In this document: piece by piece, positions 61,101 to 64,000 of the stretch
Numbering within the stretch: position 1 is the first letter of the stretch
Layout: every line of letters begins with the position of its first letter
Assembly: GCA_964016885.1 (NCBI GenBank)
Contig: OZ024741.1
Span: 336,350,001-336,414,000 of the forward strand
Source of the DNA: Eledone cirrhosa
Lineage: Eukaryota
Direction: 5' to 3'
DNA: 64,000 nucleotides
Notes under the pieces: generated by a model
The model's input: the letters and a program-made list of their open reading frames with translations, nothing else
The model's database searches: none
Told to the model about the DNA's origin: nothing
Translations under genes and position numbers: made by a program

Positions 61101-64000
61101 AAAGTACTCTGTAGGAAGGTTGTCTGTAGGAAGCTAGTCTGTAGGAAGGTAGTCTGTAGGAAGGTAGTCTGTAGGAAGGTAGTCTGTAGGAAGGTAGTCT
61201 GAAGGAAGGTACTCTGTAGGAAGGTAGTCTGTAGGAAAGTACTCTGTAGGAAGGTTGTCTGTAGGAAGGTAGTCTGTAGGAAGGTACTCTGTAGGAAGGT
61301 TGTCTTTAGGAAGGTAGTCTGTAGGAAGGTACTCTGTAGGAAGGTAGTCTGTAGGAAGGTACTCTGTAGGAAGGTAGTCTGTAGGAAGGTAGTCTGAAGG
61401 AAGGTACTCTGTAGGAAGGTAGTCTGTAGGAAGGTAGTCTGTAGGAAGGTACTCTGTAGGAAGGTAGTCTGTAGGAACGTAGTCTGTAGGAAGGTAGTCT
61501 GTAGGAAAGTACTCTGTAGGAAGGTTGTCTGTAGGAAGCTAGTCTGTAGGAAGGTACTCTGTAGGAAGGTAGTCTGTAGGAAGGTACTCTGTAGGAAGGT
61601 TGTCTGTAGGAAGGTACTCTGTAGGAAGGTAGTCTGTAGGAAGGTAGTCTGTAGGAAGGTAGTCTGTAGGAAGGTAGTCTGAAGGAAGGTACTCTGTAGG
61701 AAGGTAGTCTGTAGGAAAGTACTCTGTAGGAAGGTTGTCTGTAGCAAGGTAGTCTGTAGGAAGGTAGTCTGTAGGAAGGTAGTCTGTAGGAAGGTAGTCT
61801 GTAGGAAGGTTGTCTTTAGGAAGGTACTCTGTAGGAAGGTAGTCTGTAGGAAGGTACTCTGTAGGAAGGTAGTCTGTAGGAAGGTAGTCTGTAGGAAGGT
61901 ACTCTGTAGGAAGGTAGTCTGTAGGAAGGTAGTCTGTAGGAAGGTAGTCTGTAGGAAGGTAGTCTGTAGGAAGGTACTCTGTAGGAAGGTACTCTGTAGG
62001 AAGGTACTCTGTAGGAATGTACTCTGTAGGAAGGTACTCTGTAGGAAGGTAGTCTGTAGGAAGGTACTCTGTAGGAAGGTAGTCTGTAGGAAGGTAGTCT
62101 GTAGGAAGGTAGTCTGTAGGAAGGTAGTCTGTAGGAAGGTACTCTGTAGGAAGGTAGTCTGTAGGAAGGTAGTCTGTAGGAAGGTACTCTGTAGGAAGGT
62201 AGTCTGTAGGAAGGTAGTCTGTAGGAAGGTAGTCTGCAAGAAGGTAGTCTGTAGGAAGGTAGTCTGTAGGAAGGTAGTCTGTAGGAAGGTACTCTGTAGG
62301 AAGGTACTCTGTAGGAAGGTACTCTGTAGGAAGGTAGTCTGTAGGAAGGTAGTCTGTAGGAAGGTACTCTGTAGGAAGGTAGTCTGTAGGAAGGTACTCT
62401 GTAGGAAGGTAGTCTGTAGGAAGGTAGTCTGTAGGAAGGTACTCTGTAGGAAGGTAGTCTGTAGGAAGGTACTCTGTAGGAAGGTAGTCTGTAGGAAGGT
62501 AGTCTGTAGGAAGGTACTCTGTAGGAAGGTAGTCTGTAGGAAGGTACTCTGTAGGAAGGTAGTCTGTAGGAAGGTAGTCTGTAGGAAGGTACTCTGTAGG
62601 AAGGTAGTCTGTAGGAAGGTAGTCTGTAGGAAGGTAGTCTGTAGGAAGGTAGTCTGTAGGAAGGTAGTCTGTAGGAAGGTAGTCTGTAGGAAGGTACTCT
62701 GTAGGAAGGTACTCTGTAGGAAGGTACTCTGTAGGAAGGTAGTCTGTAGGAAGGTACTCTGTAGGAAGGTAGTCTGTAGGAAGGTAGTCTGTAGGAAGGT
62801 AGTCTGTAGGAAGGTAGTCTGTAGGAAGGTACTCTGTAGGAAGGTAGTCTGTAGGAAGGTACTCTGTAGGAAGGTAGTCTGTAGGAAGGTAGTCTGTAGG
62901 AAGGTAGTCTGTAGGAAGGTAGTCTGTAGGAAGGTAGTCTGTAGGAAGGTAGTCTGTAGGAAGGTAGTCTGTAGGAAGGTAGTCTGTAGGAAGGTAGTCT
63001 GTAGGAAGGTACTCTGTAGGAAGGTAGTCTGTAGGAAGGTACTCTGTAGGAAGGTAGTCTGTAGGAAGGTACTCTGTAGGAAGGTAGTCTGTAGGAAGGT
63101 AGTCTGTAGGAAGGTAGTCTGTAGGAAGGTACTCTGTAGGAAGGTAGTCTGTAGGAAGGTAGTCTGTAGGAAGGTAGTCTGTAGGAAGGTAGTCTGTAGG
63201 AAGGTACTCTGTAGGAAGGTAGTCTGTAGGAAGGTACTCTGTAGGAAGGTAGTCTGTAGGAAGGTAGTCTGTAGGAAGGTAGTCTGTAGGAAGGTACTCT
63301 GTAGGAAGGTAGTCTGTAGGAAGGTAGTCTGTAGGAAGGTAGTCTGTAGGAAGGTAGTCTGTAGGAAGGTACTCTGTAGGAAGGTAGTCTGTAGGAAGGT
63401 AGTCTGTAGGAAGGTAGTCTGTAGGAAGGTAGTCTGTAGGAAGGTACTCTGTAGGAAGGTAGTCTGTAGGAAGGTACTCTGTAGGAAGGTAGTCTGTAGG
63501 AAGGTAGTCTGTAGGAAGGTAGTCTGTAGGAAGGTACTCTGTAGGAAGGTAGTCTGTAGGAAGGTAGTCTGTAGGAAGGTAGTCTGTAGGAAGGTAGTCT
63601 GTAGGAAGGTACTCTGTAGGAAGGTACTCTGTAGGAAGGTAGTCTGTAGGAAGGTAGTCTGTAGGAAGGTAGTCTGTAGGAAGGTAGTCTGTAGGAAGGT
63701 AGTCTGTAGGAAGGTAGTCTGAAGAAAGGTACTCTGTAGGAAGGTAGTCTGTAGGAAAGTACTCTGTAGGAAGGTTGTCTGTAGGAAGGTAGTCTGTAGG
63801 AAGGTAGTCTGTAGGAAGGTAGTCAGTAGGAAGGTTGTCTTTAGGAAGGTAGTCTGTAGGAAGGTACTCTGTAGAAAGGTAGTCTGTAGGAAGGTAGTCT
63901 GTAGGAAGGTAGTCTGTAGGAAGGTAGTCTGTAGGAAGGTACTCTGTAGGAAGGTAGTCTGTAGGAAGGTTGTCTTTAGGAAGGTAGTCTGTAGGAAGGT
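25151..64000. repeat. 15-bp satellite array TAGGAAGGTA[G/C]TCTG, about 38.8 kb and roughly 2,580 monomers, continuing past the window edge
   Basis: Directly visible tandem array with two co-dominant monomers and recurrent rare variants. More diverged monomers lie near the left edge (25151-25310). Confidence 0.99.
40203..40402. other. Assembly gap (200 N)
   Basis: A run of exactly 200 N, consistent with a fixed-size scaffolding placeholder. Confidence 0.99.

Noticed and set aside
43904-62239. Very long ORFs (2671 aa and 2261 aa QTTFL/QSTFL; RKVVC repeats; also 31362-34682 and 38168-40114)
   Set aside because: They follow automatically from a 15-bp unit with no stop in four of six frames. The starts are TTG/ATG codons created by rare variants, and there is no unique N- or C-terminal domain.
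25151-64000. CRISPR array or telomeric repeat
   Set aside because: There are no unique spacers or cas genes and the context is eukaryotic. The unit contains TAGG but is not (TTAGGG)n or (TTAGG)n.

Overview
Repeat-dominated eukaryotic DNA. The SINE/RTE motifs and the extreme (TA)n content resemble octopus (coleoid cephalopod) genomes; this is inferred from recalled motifs and was not verified. Positions 1-25150 are intron-like or intergenic sequence made of (TA)n/(TATG)n microsatellites hosting decayed retroelements. These include Penelope-like elements (PLEs: one RT fragment, a GIY-YIG C-terminus, and pseudo-LTR pieces with minimal hammerhead-ribozyme motifs, repeatedly arranged as head-to-head inverted pairs), RTE-clade LINE fragments whose RT carries a PHD-like Cys/His insert, tRNA-derived SINEs, and one hAT-type MITE with a TSD. 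One plausible host exon lies at 12225-12534 (+). Positions 25151-64000 are a single 15-bp satellite, TAGGAAGGTA[G/C]TCTG, with roughly 2,580 copies, two co-dominant monomer types, about 5-kb and about 11.6-kb higher-order duplications, and a 200-N scaffold gap. No intact protein-coding gene is visible, and almost all long ORFs in the track are artefacts of low-complexity repeats. Alignments and offsets were read by eye.
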